From assembly GCA_030295235.1 (NCBI GenBank), contig AP026159.1, positions 1 to 64,000 of the forward strand: a stretch of 64,000 nt of DNA, in the 5' to 3' direction. The notes under the pieces are model-generated. The model was not told where the DNA came from and searched no databases. It saw only the letters and a program-made list of their open reading frames with translations. Origin of the DNA: Fistulifera solaris. Lineage: Eukaryota. A program made the position numbers and the translations under genes. Shown here piece after piece: positions 26,177 through 37,089 of the stretch (positions are counted from its first letter, which is position 1; the number at the start of each line of letters is the position of its first letter).

Positions 26177-28301
26177 ATGCAAATATCATTAAAATGGATC
26201 AATGAATTAGTTAATATTGAAAAAATAAAATTAGATACTTTAGTTGATAAATTAACATTAGCAGGATTTGAAGTTGAAGAAATGCGCGAAATAAAAATAT
26301 CTAAAACAAATCAAATTGTTTTAGATATTTCAGCTACTGCGAATCGTTCTGATAGCTTATCAATACAAGGTATATCGTCTGAAATTGCTGCTCTTTTGAA
26401 GACCTCTTTAAATCTTTCGAATCATTTAATTCAATCGGAAAAATTAAAGCAAATAATTTGGGACAAAGCGGCTACTTTTTCCATCAGCACTGGATGTACA
26501 ACTCTTTTATCAGTTAGTGTAGAAAACTTAGTGGATAAAACAATTCCAAAATGGATTACAAAAAACTTTTAAGCTCGGGTATTACTCCATCTAATACTTT
26601 AGTTGATTTTCAGTCTTATATCTTATTAGAAACCGGTTATCCGTTTGCCTTTTATGATTTTGATAAAATAAGAAAAAAATAGGAAAAGTAGATTTCAAGT
26701 TATCAGTTTCAAGAGCGGCCGGTAATGACTCATTTGTTGCCTCAAATAATGAAAGTTATGATTTAGATCAATCAATTTTATTGCTTAAAGCAAATGAAAT
26801 TCCTATTAGTATAGGCGGTATTATTGAAAATCAAGAATTTAGTTGTGAGAATTCAACCACATCAATACTAATCGAGGCAAGCATTTTTACTGCTGCGATA
26901 ATTCGACAACAATCAAGAAAGTTAGGAGTAAGAACTGATAGATCAGCTCGATACGAAAAATCATTAAAGAATACGTATTTAATTGAATCATTATATAGAT
27001 TAATCTCTCTATTACGAATTTCGAATCCAAAGTTAACAATTAAACTAAGAACCATAATTAAAGAGAATGAGCAAGTTATAAATCCAATTAGTCTAAATTA
27101 TGGAACGTTAAAAGAAATTCTGGGGCCAACTAAGAAGTCATCTAATAAGAATTTTGAATATATTGACTCTAAAACTATTGAAGATTATTTAAACCGTTTA
27201 AATTGTAAATACGATTATAATGAAAAAACCAACGCTTGGAGAGTAACAGTACCACATTCTCGAAGTGAAGATCTTACACGTGAAATTGATTTGATTGAAG
27301 AGATTGGAAGGTTACATGGTTTTAATAATTTCTTAATTACTCTGCCAAAACTTAAAGTAATTGGAACTAAAGATAAGAGTTATGAAACTCGACAAAAACT
27401 TACATCATGTCTTTTAAATCTTGGTCTGAATGAATTGATTCATTATTCATTAGTAAATGAAAAAACATTTTTAACAAATCAAATTTCAGTAATAAATCCT
27501 CTCGTTTCTGAATATGCAACTCTAAGACTGAGTTTATTACCAAATTTAATTCGAACTAGCCAAGAAAATTGGAAACAAAGTAATGCTATAATAAATGGAT
27601 TTGAATATGGACATGTTTTTTCCTTAGATACAAATACAAATTTTAAAGAAAAAGAACACGTAGCCGGTATTTTAGGTGGATTCGGAACAAAAACAACCTG
27701 GGCTGAGTCTGAGCAGGTAGTAAGTTGGTTTGAGGCAAAAGGTCGAATTGAACGTTTATTTGAGCAATTGAATGTCTCAGTAATTTGGAAATCAACATCT
27801 GTATGTTCGAATCATTTACAAGAAATTTTTCATAAATATCGTCATGCCGAAATTTATCTTCACTCCGGCACTTTAATTGGAAATTTTGGCCAAGTTCATC
27901 CAATATTAGCAAATGATTTAAGTATTTCATCGAACCTTTATTTATTTGAATTTGATCTGGATATTATTAAAGTTGCTTTAGAAAATAATAATGTATCTAT
28001 ATATAAAGAATATTCATCATATCCAAAAATTATAAAAGATATCTCATTCATCGTAAAACAAGATATCGAATTTGACCTACTAAAACAGTTATTGTATTTG
28101 AATGGAAGTCAATTTTTATCTAAAATTAATCTTTTGGACGAATATAAAGGAAATTCAATCCCTAAAGACCATACGAGTTTATGCTTGCAATTAATTTTTC
28201 AATCAAATGAAAAAACATTACAAAACTCAGAAATTGAAGAAATTTTAAATAACATTCGTTTCGTTTTAACTCAGGAATTTAACGCAACTATTCGAAATTA
28301 A
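26177..28301 (+). CDS. syfB: Phenylalanyl-tRNA synthetase beta subunit (frameshifted)
   Basis: MQISLKWINELV, ANRSD, DLTREIDLIEEIGRLHG, SSYPKIIKDISF. Confidence 0.95.
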
Positions 28302-28305
28302 CTAA

Positions 28306-28344
28306 AACTAGATAATTCTATCTAATCTATAGAATTATCTAGTT
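28306..28344. terminator. Hairpin after syfB
   Basis: AACTAGATAATTCTA / TAGAATTATCTAGTT perfect arms. Confidence 0.7.
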
Positions 28345-28462
28345 AAGCGAAATTTTAAACTATGAGTAAAATAATAAATAGGTTCCAGACAATAGAAAAT
28401 TTTTTTTAAATAATCTAGACTACAAACTATTAAAACTGATACAGTATTAGTGAAAACAGTTT

Positions 28463-28537
28463 GGCGGGTGTAGCCAAGTGGTTAAGGCAGTGGGTTGTGG
28501 TTCCACCATTCGCCGGTTCAAGTCCGGTCACTCGCCC
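28463..28537 (+). tRNA. trnH: tRNA-His(GTG)
   Basis: Cloverleaf; anticodon loop TTGTGGT. Confidence 0.95.
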
Positions 28538-28596
28538 TTTCTAAAATGTTTTTATAAGTGTTTTTAAAAAATTATTTATAAAGTTAATTGATTATT

Positions 28597-29214
28597 ATGT
28601 CACGTTATAGAGGACCTAAATTAAAAATTACTAGACGATTAGGAACATTACCTGGTCTGACAACAAAGAAATCAAATAAGATTAACCGTCCAGGTAAAGA
28701 TGGAAATGCAAATGCGGATACAGGTAAAAAGTTAACCGAGTATGGTGTACGTTTGGAAGAAAAACAAAAGTTAAAATTTAATTATGGCTTAAGTGAAAGT
28801 CAATTGTTTCGATATGTAAAAGAAGCACGTCGTCGCCAAGGTGTAACGGGTTTAATTTTACTGCAATTATTAGAAATGAGACTAGATACACTTTGTTTTA
28901 CACTAGGATTTGCTAAAACAATGGCACAGGCGCGTCAGTTGGTTAATCATGGTCATATTACTGTGAACAAAAAAGTTGTTAATATTCCAAGTTTTCAATG
29001 TCGTTTAAATGATATTATTAGTGTAAAAGAACAAACTAGTTCCAAAGTTTTAGTAGAAAATAATCTGAAAGATCGTCAAAGCAATACTATTCCAGCTCAT
29101 TTAAAATTTGATCAAAATAAATTAGAAGCTACTGTTATGGATTACTGTGATCGTGATGATGTAATTCTGCAATTAGATGAATTACTTGTAATTGAACATT
29201 ATTCACGTCGATAA
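28597..29214 (+). CDS. rps4: 30S ribosomal protein S4
   Basis: [32 protein letters not shown]. Confidence 0.98.
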   Translation: MSRYRGPKLKITRRLGTLPGLTTKKSNKINRPGKDGNANADTGKKLTEYGVRLEEKQKLKFNYGLSESQLFRYVKEARRRQGVTGLILLQLLEMRLDTLCFTLGFAKTMAQARQLVNHGHITVNKKVVNIPSFQCRLNDIISVKEQTSSKVLVENNLKDRQSNTIPAHLKFDQNKLEATVMDYCDRDDVILQLDELLVIEHYSRR

Positions 29215-29296
29215 AAGTTGTTATAAACTAATTTACACTTTTATACTTTTTATTTATATTTAAGTTTTATTACAAATTAAGTTATATATTGTTCAT

Positions 29297-29533
29297 ATGT
29301 TAAAATTACGATTAAAACGAGTAGGGAAAAAACGTTCGCCATCATATAGATTAGTTATCATGGAGAATACGTTTAGAAGGGATGGTCGACCTATCGATGA
29401 AGTAGGTTATTATAGTCCTATTACGAAACAATTTAAATTTGATGCAGAAAAGATTCAAAAATGGTTAACTTATGGCGCTAGACCAACTGAAACAGTTTCA
29501 ACCTTATTAAAGAAGGCAGAAATTATTAAATAA
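29297..29533 (+). CDS. rps16: 30S ribosomal protein S16
   Basis: MLKLRLKRVGKKRSPSYRLV. Confidence 0.97.
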   Translation: MLKLRLKRVGKKRSPSYRLVIMENTFRRDGRPIDEVGYYSPITKQFKFDAEKIQKWLTYGARPTETVSTLLKKAEIIK

Positions 29534-29662
29534 TAAATGGAAGTATTAATACTTCCATCTATTATTTAATAATTTTTACTTTTATATAGACCAATATAAA
29601 TTAACGAATTAGTATAGAATATATATTAAATTTATTCAATAAGTATTATAAGGATTCGAAAT

Positions 29663-30039
29663 ATGTCACATTTTACGTACATGAAAACTAATTTTCAAAA
29701 TTTATTTTATTTAGAAAAAGCATTAAATAGACTAAATATTACCTATAAGCAACAAGAAGCTACGACTGAAAATTCAAATTTAATCATCCAGCAGTTAAAT
29801 GGCTACGATATTAAATTTGACTGGAATGGACAAGAATATGAATTGGTAGCGGATATGAGTTTCTGGGAACAACCGTATCCAGTTGAAAGCTTTATTGATA
29901 AAGTTGCACAACAATATGCCGGTGAGGTTATTATTGGCGAAAGTCAAAAACTGGTTTCCAACCAATTAAATACCAACAAAATTCGGATGGTTCAAATACA
30001 TTAATTTTAGAACGATGGAATAGTACTACAGTTCTTTAA
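29663..30039 (+). CDS. ycf35: Ycf35 (frameshift near 3' end)
   Basis: MSHFTYMKT...[17 protein letters not shown]...LILERW. Confidence 0.92.
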
Positions 30040-30241
30040 CTTGATTGGGATTAAATCCGCTTTACATTCAATCAGAAGTAATTCTGGTTGCAAGAGATTT
30101 AACGATATGTATTCAATCTATAAATTATCATCAAAAATTAGCGTTTAAAGTCAAATAGATAGATCATATTTTTTATTGAGTCGTAGTTTTCAAATTACAA
30201 TCTTTTTAAAACTCTAAAATAGATTAAACGAGCAAGCTCGG

Positions 30242-30276
30242 TTAGTAAAAGTGAAAAACTTTTTCACTTTTACTAA
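30242..30276. repeat. Perfect inverted repeat with 17-bp arms
   Basis: TTAGTAAAAGTGAAAAA-C-TTTTTCACTTTTACTAA. Confidence 0.85.
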
Positions 30277-30419
30277 TTGGAATTTTTATCAATTTATTCA
30301 AGGATAATTATTTTCGAAATTTTTATCGTTTTACAGCTAGAAAAACTTAACAAAGTTTGAAAGTTTTTACTAGATCAGGCTTAATTAGTTCACGAATCAT
30401 TTTTATTATAAGTACATGT

Positions 30420-30620
30420 TTCTATTTAACTAATTTATTTCCAGATAAATTCATAAAACCGGAATTTGAAGTACAAGTGCAACTATTTAAAATTTTTAGT
30501 TGTCAAAATAGCGAAAAGATTTCTTTCATTGAACAGTTTTTTCAAAATTATAGATGTTGATTATCTAATTCATACAGAGCTAGAATAAAGATATATTTTA
30601 TTCAATCCATAAAAATCATT
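30420..30620 (+). pseudogene. Third C-terminal fragment of the Rep-like plasmid ORF family
   Basis: FPDKFIKPEFEVQVQLFKIFSCQNSEKISFIEQFFQNYRC*LSNSYRARIKIYFIQSI aligns with the 23660-23850 segment. Confidence 0.55.
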
Positions 30621-30861
30621 TTTAAATTACTATTTTAATAAGTATATATCATTTCTATTAACCGTTTTCTATTTTTACTCAACTCAATAAATTAGTAAAA
30701 ACTTTTATGCCGACAGTTCTTTATGTAATTTTCGCTTTGTTAATTAATTTTTGCACCCCAGAAATTCAAGTCAATAAGAAATCAATCAAAAACAATTCGA
30801 CACAAAAATAACACTAGGCTTTCTTTATCAATATTTTGAAGGAGAAGTTTTAACAAATGAA

Positions 30862-31682
30862 ATGGTCCAGAGTCGGATCAGAATAATTTACATATATGTT
30901 TTAATCTCTCTTACAATTAATTTTTTTTGCCATCAAACAATAATTTCGATTGTAGACCAATCTCGAGTTACTTCAACAGCAACATCTAGAGAAAGATTGA
31001 CTACGAATGAGGGAGAGTTGACGAAGTTAATAGCATTTGATATACCAAAATCGGGACAATTTGGAAAGGCAAATATAAGTAAAAATCCGTCTATACGTGA
31101 AATTGATCGCAGTCTTAGTCCAACTTACGAGGCGTATGAAAAGAGTATGATACCGACGGGCGTCTTAGAAAAAAGGTTCAACACTAACACGTGTCCAACT
31201 GAAAAATTTACAATCTTAGCTACAGACCCTGTGGCAGGTCTTCCTAACGATAAATCAATTTCTGAAGCAATATTAATAATTCAAGCTGAACACGAAAATC
31301 TATTCAAGTTCGCAAGCAGAGAGCTGAATCAGGATTTGGCAATACGAGTTAATCTCGACTTTCTAATTGTAGGTCCATTTCCATTCAAATATGCTGATGT
31401 AAAAACTCCAGTATCATCAGAATTTTTGCACAAACTTCAGCCATGCATGACTCTAGAAAGAATGGCGTATGACATAGGGGTAAAACTTGCAAGACAAAAA
31501 AACGATTTCTTAATCGACAACTTGGTAGTGAAATTGTTGGTCCAAAAAGCACCGAAAATGTTGCTCACTTAATTGATCTATATTTCGTTCCAGATAATGA
31601 AAAAGCAATTGTTAAAAAAAATATTTTAGAGGGCGCAAGATATGAGGGTATTGACACTAAAATATTCTTTATAAATGAATAA
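30862..31682 (+). CDS. Putative secreted nuclease toxin (signal-peptide-like N-terminus, PD-(D/E)xK-like C-terminus); one A-run frameshift at 31496-31502
   Basis: RIRIIYIYVLISLTINFF h-region; EKFTILATDP...SISEAILIIQAE...NLDFLIVG...YADVKTP; restored tail HLIDLYFVPDNEKAIVKKNILEGARYEGIDTKIFFINE*. Confidence 0.6.
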
Positions 31683-31701
31683 TACAAATTTTTAATTCAA
31701 G

Positions 31702-32246
31702 ATGAGTAATAATAAATCACCTGACGAGTCTCATATTCTACTTCAAAATGAGCATTTTTTAACTGAAAAGAGTCCAAGTCTAGCAAAGTATTTTTCAGTT
31801 GCTTATTTTACTAAAATATCTTTCGTAAATTGTAATTTTGAAAAGTTCAACTACCAGGCATAATTTTTGGATCTTGTAATTTTCAAAATTGCATATTTAA
31901 TGATTTTTTGGGTTATAAAACTACATTTGGAGCGTGTTATTTTGAAGATTGCAAAATAATTGATTCTGACATGACAAGAGGAGATTTTGAAAGTACCCAT
32001 TTTAAAAACTGTGAGTTTATAGGTGTCAATTTATCAGCAAGTGATATTTCTAGTTGCACATTTAAGGAAACAAAGTTTCTTAAAAGTAATCTGACAGGTA
32101 TTGGAATCTACCATAGTTCTTTGGAAGATTGCAAAATAACCAATTGTGAAATGGAAAGACCATACCTTACGAATACACAGTTAAAAAGTATGGATTATAA
32201 CTTTAATACAAAGTCAAAATTTATGCGTTATGAGTTCCCTGATTAG
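31702..32246 (+). CDS. Pentapeptide-repeat protein 1 (putative immunity protein); A-run frameshift at about 31841
   Basis: FVNCN, FGSCN, FQNCI, FEDCK, FKNCE, FKETK repeats; the paralog has GAAAAAG where this copy has GAAAAG, which restores the frame. Confidence 0.85.
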
Positions 32247-32375
32247 TATATTTTAATTCCCATTTTAAATTTTAACTTGTTTGAAAAAATGCTACAGTCA
32301 AACTAAGATTTAATTAATGACTAGAAAATAGTTTTTATAAATGAATAAAACAAGAATACAAACTTATAATGAAAA

Positions 32376-32720
32376 ATGAACCAAGCTAAATCAGCGGACG
32401 AGTACCAAATTTTGCTTCAAAATCAACATTTTTTAACTGAAAAGACCTTAAGCATAGCAGAGTCTAGTGCCGTTAGTTTTTCTCTTGGAACATCTTTCGT
32501 AAATTGTAATTTTGAAAAAGTTCGCCGATTAGAGGTAATTTTTGGATCTTATAACTTTCAAAATTGCGCATTTAACGATACTCGGAAATTAACTTTTTCA
32601 GTTTATTGTTTTGAAGATTGCCAAATAACCGATTGTAAGGTGAAAAAACCAGAGTTTGAGAATGCCCATTTAAAAGGTGTATGTTTTTGGTTAACCTATC
32701 TAATCTATCTTAGGTCTTAG
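32376..32720 (+). CDS. Pentapeptide-repeat protein 2 (shorter paralog)
   Basis: ILLQNQHFLTEK and SFVNCNFEK shared with copy 1. Confidence 0.8.
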   Translation: MNQAKSADEYQILLQNQHFLTEKTLSIAESSAVSFSLGTSFVNCNFEKVRRLEVIFGSYNFQNCAFNDTRKLTFSVYCFEDCQITDCKVKKPEFENAHLKGVCFWLTYLIYLRS

Positions 32721-32724
32721 TTAA

Positions 32725-32815
32725 TGAGAAATCAATTGTTAAAGAGAAGATTTTAGAAAAAGCGTGAGATGTGGGTAGTGATGAAGGAATACTTTTCATA
32801 AATGATAACGAAGAA
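32725..32815 (+). pseudogene. Orphan copy of the nuclease-toxin C-terminal tail
   Basis: NEKSIVKEKILEKA*DVGSDEGILFIND versus NEKAIVKKNILEGARYEGIDTKIFFINE. Confidence 0.7.
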
Positions 32816-32829
32816 ATAGTTCGAGAATT

Positions 32830-32860
32830 TCTAAACCTTTAATTTTATTAAAGGTTTAGA
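32830..32860 (-). terminator. psbA 3' hairpin
   Basis: TCTAAACCTTTAAT-TTT-ATTAAAGGTTTAGA. Confidence 0.8.
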
Positions 32861-32871
32861 GAAATTAGAAA

Positions 32872-33954
32872 TTAACCATTAACAGCTGGAGCTGTTAAAG
32901 CAACTGGTAATACTTCACCTGAAGCTAAATCTAATGGGAAGTTGTGAGCGTTACGTTCGTGCATTACTTCCATACCTAAGTCAGCACGGTTAACGATGTC
33001 AGCCCATGTGTTAATAACACGGCCTTGAGAGTCAACAACTGATTGGTTGAAGTTGAAACCGTTTAAATTGAACGCCATTGTGCTGATACCCATACTTGTT
33101 AACCAAATACCTAAAACAGGCCATAAAGCTAAGAAGAAGTGTAAAGCACGAGAGTTATTGAATGAAGCGTATTGGAAAATTAAACGACCAAAGTAACCAT
33201 GAGCGGCAACGATGTTGTAAGTTTCTTCTTCTTGACCAAATTTGTAACCGTAGTTAGTAGATTCGCTTTCAGTTGTTTCACGAATTAAAGAAGAAGTTAC
33301 TAATGAACCGTGCATAGCAGAGAATAATGAACCACCAAATACACCAGCAACACCAGCCATGTGGAATGGGTGCATTAAAATGTTGTGCTCAGCTTGGAAT
33401 ACGATCATGAAGTTGAAAGTACCAGAAATACCTAAAGGCATACCATCAGAGAATGAACCTTGACCAATTGGGTATACTAAGAATACAGCGCTTGCTGCTG
33501 CTACTGGAGCTGAGAAAGCTACGAAGATCCAAGGACGCATACCTAAACGGTAGCTTAATTCCCATTCACGACCCATGTATGAAGCTACACCTAATAAGAA
33601 GTGGCAAACGATTAATTGGTAAGGACCACCGTTGTATAACCACTCATCAACTGAAGCTGCTTCCCAAATTGGGTAGAAGTGCATACCAATAGCGTTTGAA
33701 CTAGGGATAACTGCACCAGAAATGATGTTGTTACCGTATAATAAAGAACCTGCTACTGGTTCACGGATACCATCAATATCAACTGGAGGAGCTGCGATGA
33801 ATGCAATGATGTAACAAGTTGTAGCTGTTAATAATGTAGGGAACATTAAACAACCAAACCAACCGATGTATAAACGGTTTTCAGTACTTGTAATCCAACC
33901 TGCGAAACGTTCCCATAATGAAACGCTTTGACGTCTTTCTAAAGTTGCTGTCAT
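32872..33954 (-). CDS. psbA: Photosystem II D1 protein
   Basis: Intact 360-aa D1, no intron. Confidence 0.99.
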   Translation of the reverse strand: MTATLERRQSVSLWERFAGWITSTENRLYIGWFGCLMFPTLLTATTCYIIAFIAAPPVDIDGIREPVAGSLLYGNNIISGAVIPSSNAIGMHFYPIWEAASVDEWLYNGGPYQLIVCHFLLGVASYMGREWELSYRLGMRPWIFVAFSAPVAAASAVFLVYPIGQGSFSDGMPLGISGTFNFMIVFQAEHNILMHPFHMAGVAGVFGGSLFSAMHGSLVTSSLIRETTESESTNYGYKFGQEEETYNIVAAHGYFGRLIFQYASFNNSRALHFFLALWPVLGIWLTSMGISTMAFNLNGFNFNQSVVDSQGRVINTWADIVNRADLGMEVMHERNAHNFPLDLASGEVLPVALTAPAVNG

Positions 33955-34040
33955 AAAAAAATTTTGTAATTATAATTCTTCCCAAGCAATTAGCTTGTTA
34001 AACACAATTGTAAAACAAACTAAAACTTTATATCACTTAT

Positions 34041-35307
34041 TTATTTAATAAATTTAAAAAATTCTAATTCAAAATCAAAAACTGCGCGATTAGTAGTTCC
34101 ACCAATAAATAATTTATTCTTGTTTTGAATAATCCAAATTTGGGAATAAGTTATATAACTTATCAATGTACTTAACATTAAAAAAAAAGAAACCAGCATA
34201 AATAATTGGAATGCCTGGATCAGTTTTTATTTGCAACCCTGTTGAACTAATAATTTCAATAAGAGTTAAGGGTGATTTTAAGTTAATGGTTTCATTCAAT
34301 TCAACGTTTCCTAAAAATTGTCCTACTTCGTTATAAATTGAGCAATAACCTTGAAGATTATCTGCTATTATAACAAATCCTTCACTCAAAGAACTGTTTG
34401 TTGCAATCCAACTTAACCAAGTTTTATTCGAATTATTATTTAAATTTACTAATGGATATTCAATAATCTCATTCTGTTTAGTTTGAAATCGTAATCCAAC
34501 TAAATTCCAATCAGTCTGATAATAGTAAACATTATTATTAATTAACGGATAGTTTACTGAAATAGTTTTTCGTTTGATTTCGTTTCCTTTTGTATCCAAA
34601 ATTGAAATATCAGAATAAAATTGCGAAATAGTCTTATTTTTTGTATACGTTATCCAAAAATCATTTATTCGTGCTGAAGTTTTTGGTATTGTCGTTAATT
34701 GTCCGTTACTCAAAATATTTTGAATGTGAAAACTTTCTGTTTTTGGCACAAGTTCCTGTGCCTTAAATCCAAATAGTGAGCCAACAATTGTCCCTATTAA
34801 TACCAAAATCATACTAAAATGAACAATAATTGGTGCAATTCGACCTGTTAAGCCTTTATAACAATAGATAATATTTTTTTGTTGAAAAATTGAATAATTT
34901 GCTAATTTGATTTGGGCTAGAATCTGGTTGAAAGAAAAATTAGTTAAGATTGTAAAAATTTTTAATCTTGAAAATTGGTTCGTTGTTCTAAAAAATTGAC
35001 ATCTACGAGCAATTTTTAACGAAGGTAATTGTTGTAAAAATGTACAAGAAATTAAACTTAAACCAAATAAGAAAATTAACCCAAAAAACCACCAAGTTTT
35101 GTACACATGATCTAATCCTAAACTAATAATTCGATCCCACGTTAAAAATCCAAATACTGGATTTGTTAAAGGATAATTACTTTTGTAAAGTTCTAAAGAT
35201 TGATCTTGTTCAATAATTGTTCCAAATATACTAAAAACACTTATTAGCAATAATAGAAAAATCGAAAATCGTAAGTCAGCTACAAATCGAAAAATTTTTT
35301 GTCTCAT
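34041..35307 (-). CDS. ccs1: Cytochrome c biogenesis protein Ccs1 (T-run frameshift near 3' end)
   Basis: GTIIEQ, LGLDHVYKTWWF, CTFLQQLP, LQIKTDPG. Confidence 0.95.
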
Positions 35308-35315
35308 TTCTTAGA

Positions 35316-36809
35316 TTAATTTAAATATACAAGTTTTGATGAAGCAGAACGGATTCGTCCTGATGATGCCCAATTTTTTAATTGAATCATTTGATCACTT
35401 TCTAAATTTGCTAGCGGAATTAGTTCTTTTAATGCATTACAAATATCTTCAGTCGTGAATTCACGTTCTTCATAAAATGCGTAATACATACCTTCAATAA
35501 TAGCTTGTCGAATTTCAGCGCCAGAAAAAGATTCTGATGACTGTGCAAGTTCTTTATAATTAAATGTGTCCCAACTAGTAGGTCGAAACTCTTTAAGATG
35601 AATCTTAAAAATCTCTTCACGCTCTACTTCTTTAGGTAGATCTAAAAAAATATTTCATCAAATCGACCTTTTCGAATAATCTCGATTGGTAATAACTCAA
35701 TATTATTCGCTGTAGCAATCACAAAAACGGGACTGGTCTTTTCTGATAACCAGCTAATAAACGTTGCTAATACACGATTACTTGTTCCACTATCACCTTT
35801 ACTATCCGTATTGCTAAAAGCTTTATCGATTTCATCAATCCAAAGAATACATGGCGATATAGTTTCAGCAACATTAATCATTTGACGAAGTCGAGCTTCA
35901 GATTCACCTACTATTCCACCAAACAATTTACCTACATCAAGCTTTAACAATGGTAATTGCCAATCATTTGCAATTGCTTTTGCTGTTAAAGATTTTCCAG
36001 TTCCTTGAATTCCAATTAACAATAAACCTCGTGGCGTTGGTAAACCATAATTGGCAGCTTGTAACCCAAAAGCAGTTTTTTCTTTTTTTTAACCACTCTT
36101 TTAAATTGTCTAAGCCACCTAAATTGGCTATTTTTTCATCGACTGAAGTATATTCTAAAATCTCTGTTTGACTTATAATTTGTTTTTTTTCGCTTAATAA
36201 TACGGCAATACTATTATCATCAATTGTTTTATAGGTTGCAATAATTTTTGATAATACTCGACGAATCCGTTCTAAGGATAATCCTTGGCAAGCTCGTGTC
36301 AAATTTTCAAATAATTGGGGATCAATTTTGATATTTAACGAAGTTATTAAACGGTTTAATTCTTGACTAATTTCTTTTTCAAGTGGTAGTTCAAACTGAA
36401 GAATAGTTATTAGATCTTGTAATTCTTTTGGAATAGTTAGATCTGATCCAAGAATAATAATTGTTTTTGGTTGCAATTTTAGAATTCGACTAATATTTCT
36501 TAATTTTCGAGATATTGATAAATCAGTTAAAAAACGATTAAAATCTTTTAACAGAAAAAGAGCTGGTGTTTCAGCGTTTAGACGCTCAACTAATTCTAAG
36601 GCTTGTAGTGGGTTTCGTTTTGCAAATCCTTCATTATTTGGATTATTTGTATACCCATCCACAAAATCCCAACTATAAATGCTACGATTTAAATTTGTTT
36701 TCACATTTTTACGAATCACATATTCAACTCGCTCTTCTTCAATAGTATTAATATAAATTATTGGGTACCGAGCTTTTAAAAATAGAGCTAATTCATCATT
36801 AAACTTCAT
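35316..36809 (-). CDS. ycf46: Ycf46 AAA ATPase (frameshifted)
   Basis: LKARYPIIYINTIEEER, GIQGTGKSL, LWIDEIDKAF. Confidence 0.95.
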
Positions 36810-36916
36810 AAATATTTCGTCAAAGATTAAGTTATCAAATTACTATTATACTAATTTTAAATAAAATGATTCATTATTAGAGTAATTAAAAATAATTAAC
36901 TCTAATAATTTTAATT

Positions 36917-37063
36917 TTATCGACGTAAAGCTACAATCTTACGTCCTCTCTTTCTTCGATTTCGAATCGTCTTTCTTCCCTGCGGTGTTGCCATTCTTGC
37001 TCTAAAGCCTGATACTTTTAAAACCGAATGACGCCCTTTATTTGAAAGTGTGCGTTTTGTCAT
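36917..37063 (-). CDS. rpl34: 50S ribosomal protein L34
   Basis: MTKRTL...[24 protein letters not shown]. Confidence 0.93.
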   Translation of the reverse strand: MTKRTLSNKGRHSVLKVSGFRARMATPQGRKTIRNRRKRGRKIVALRR

Positions 37064-37089
37064 AATATATTACTTAATTTAATTTCTTT

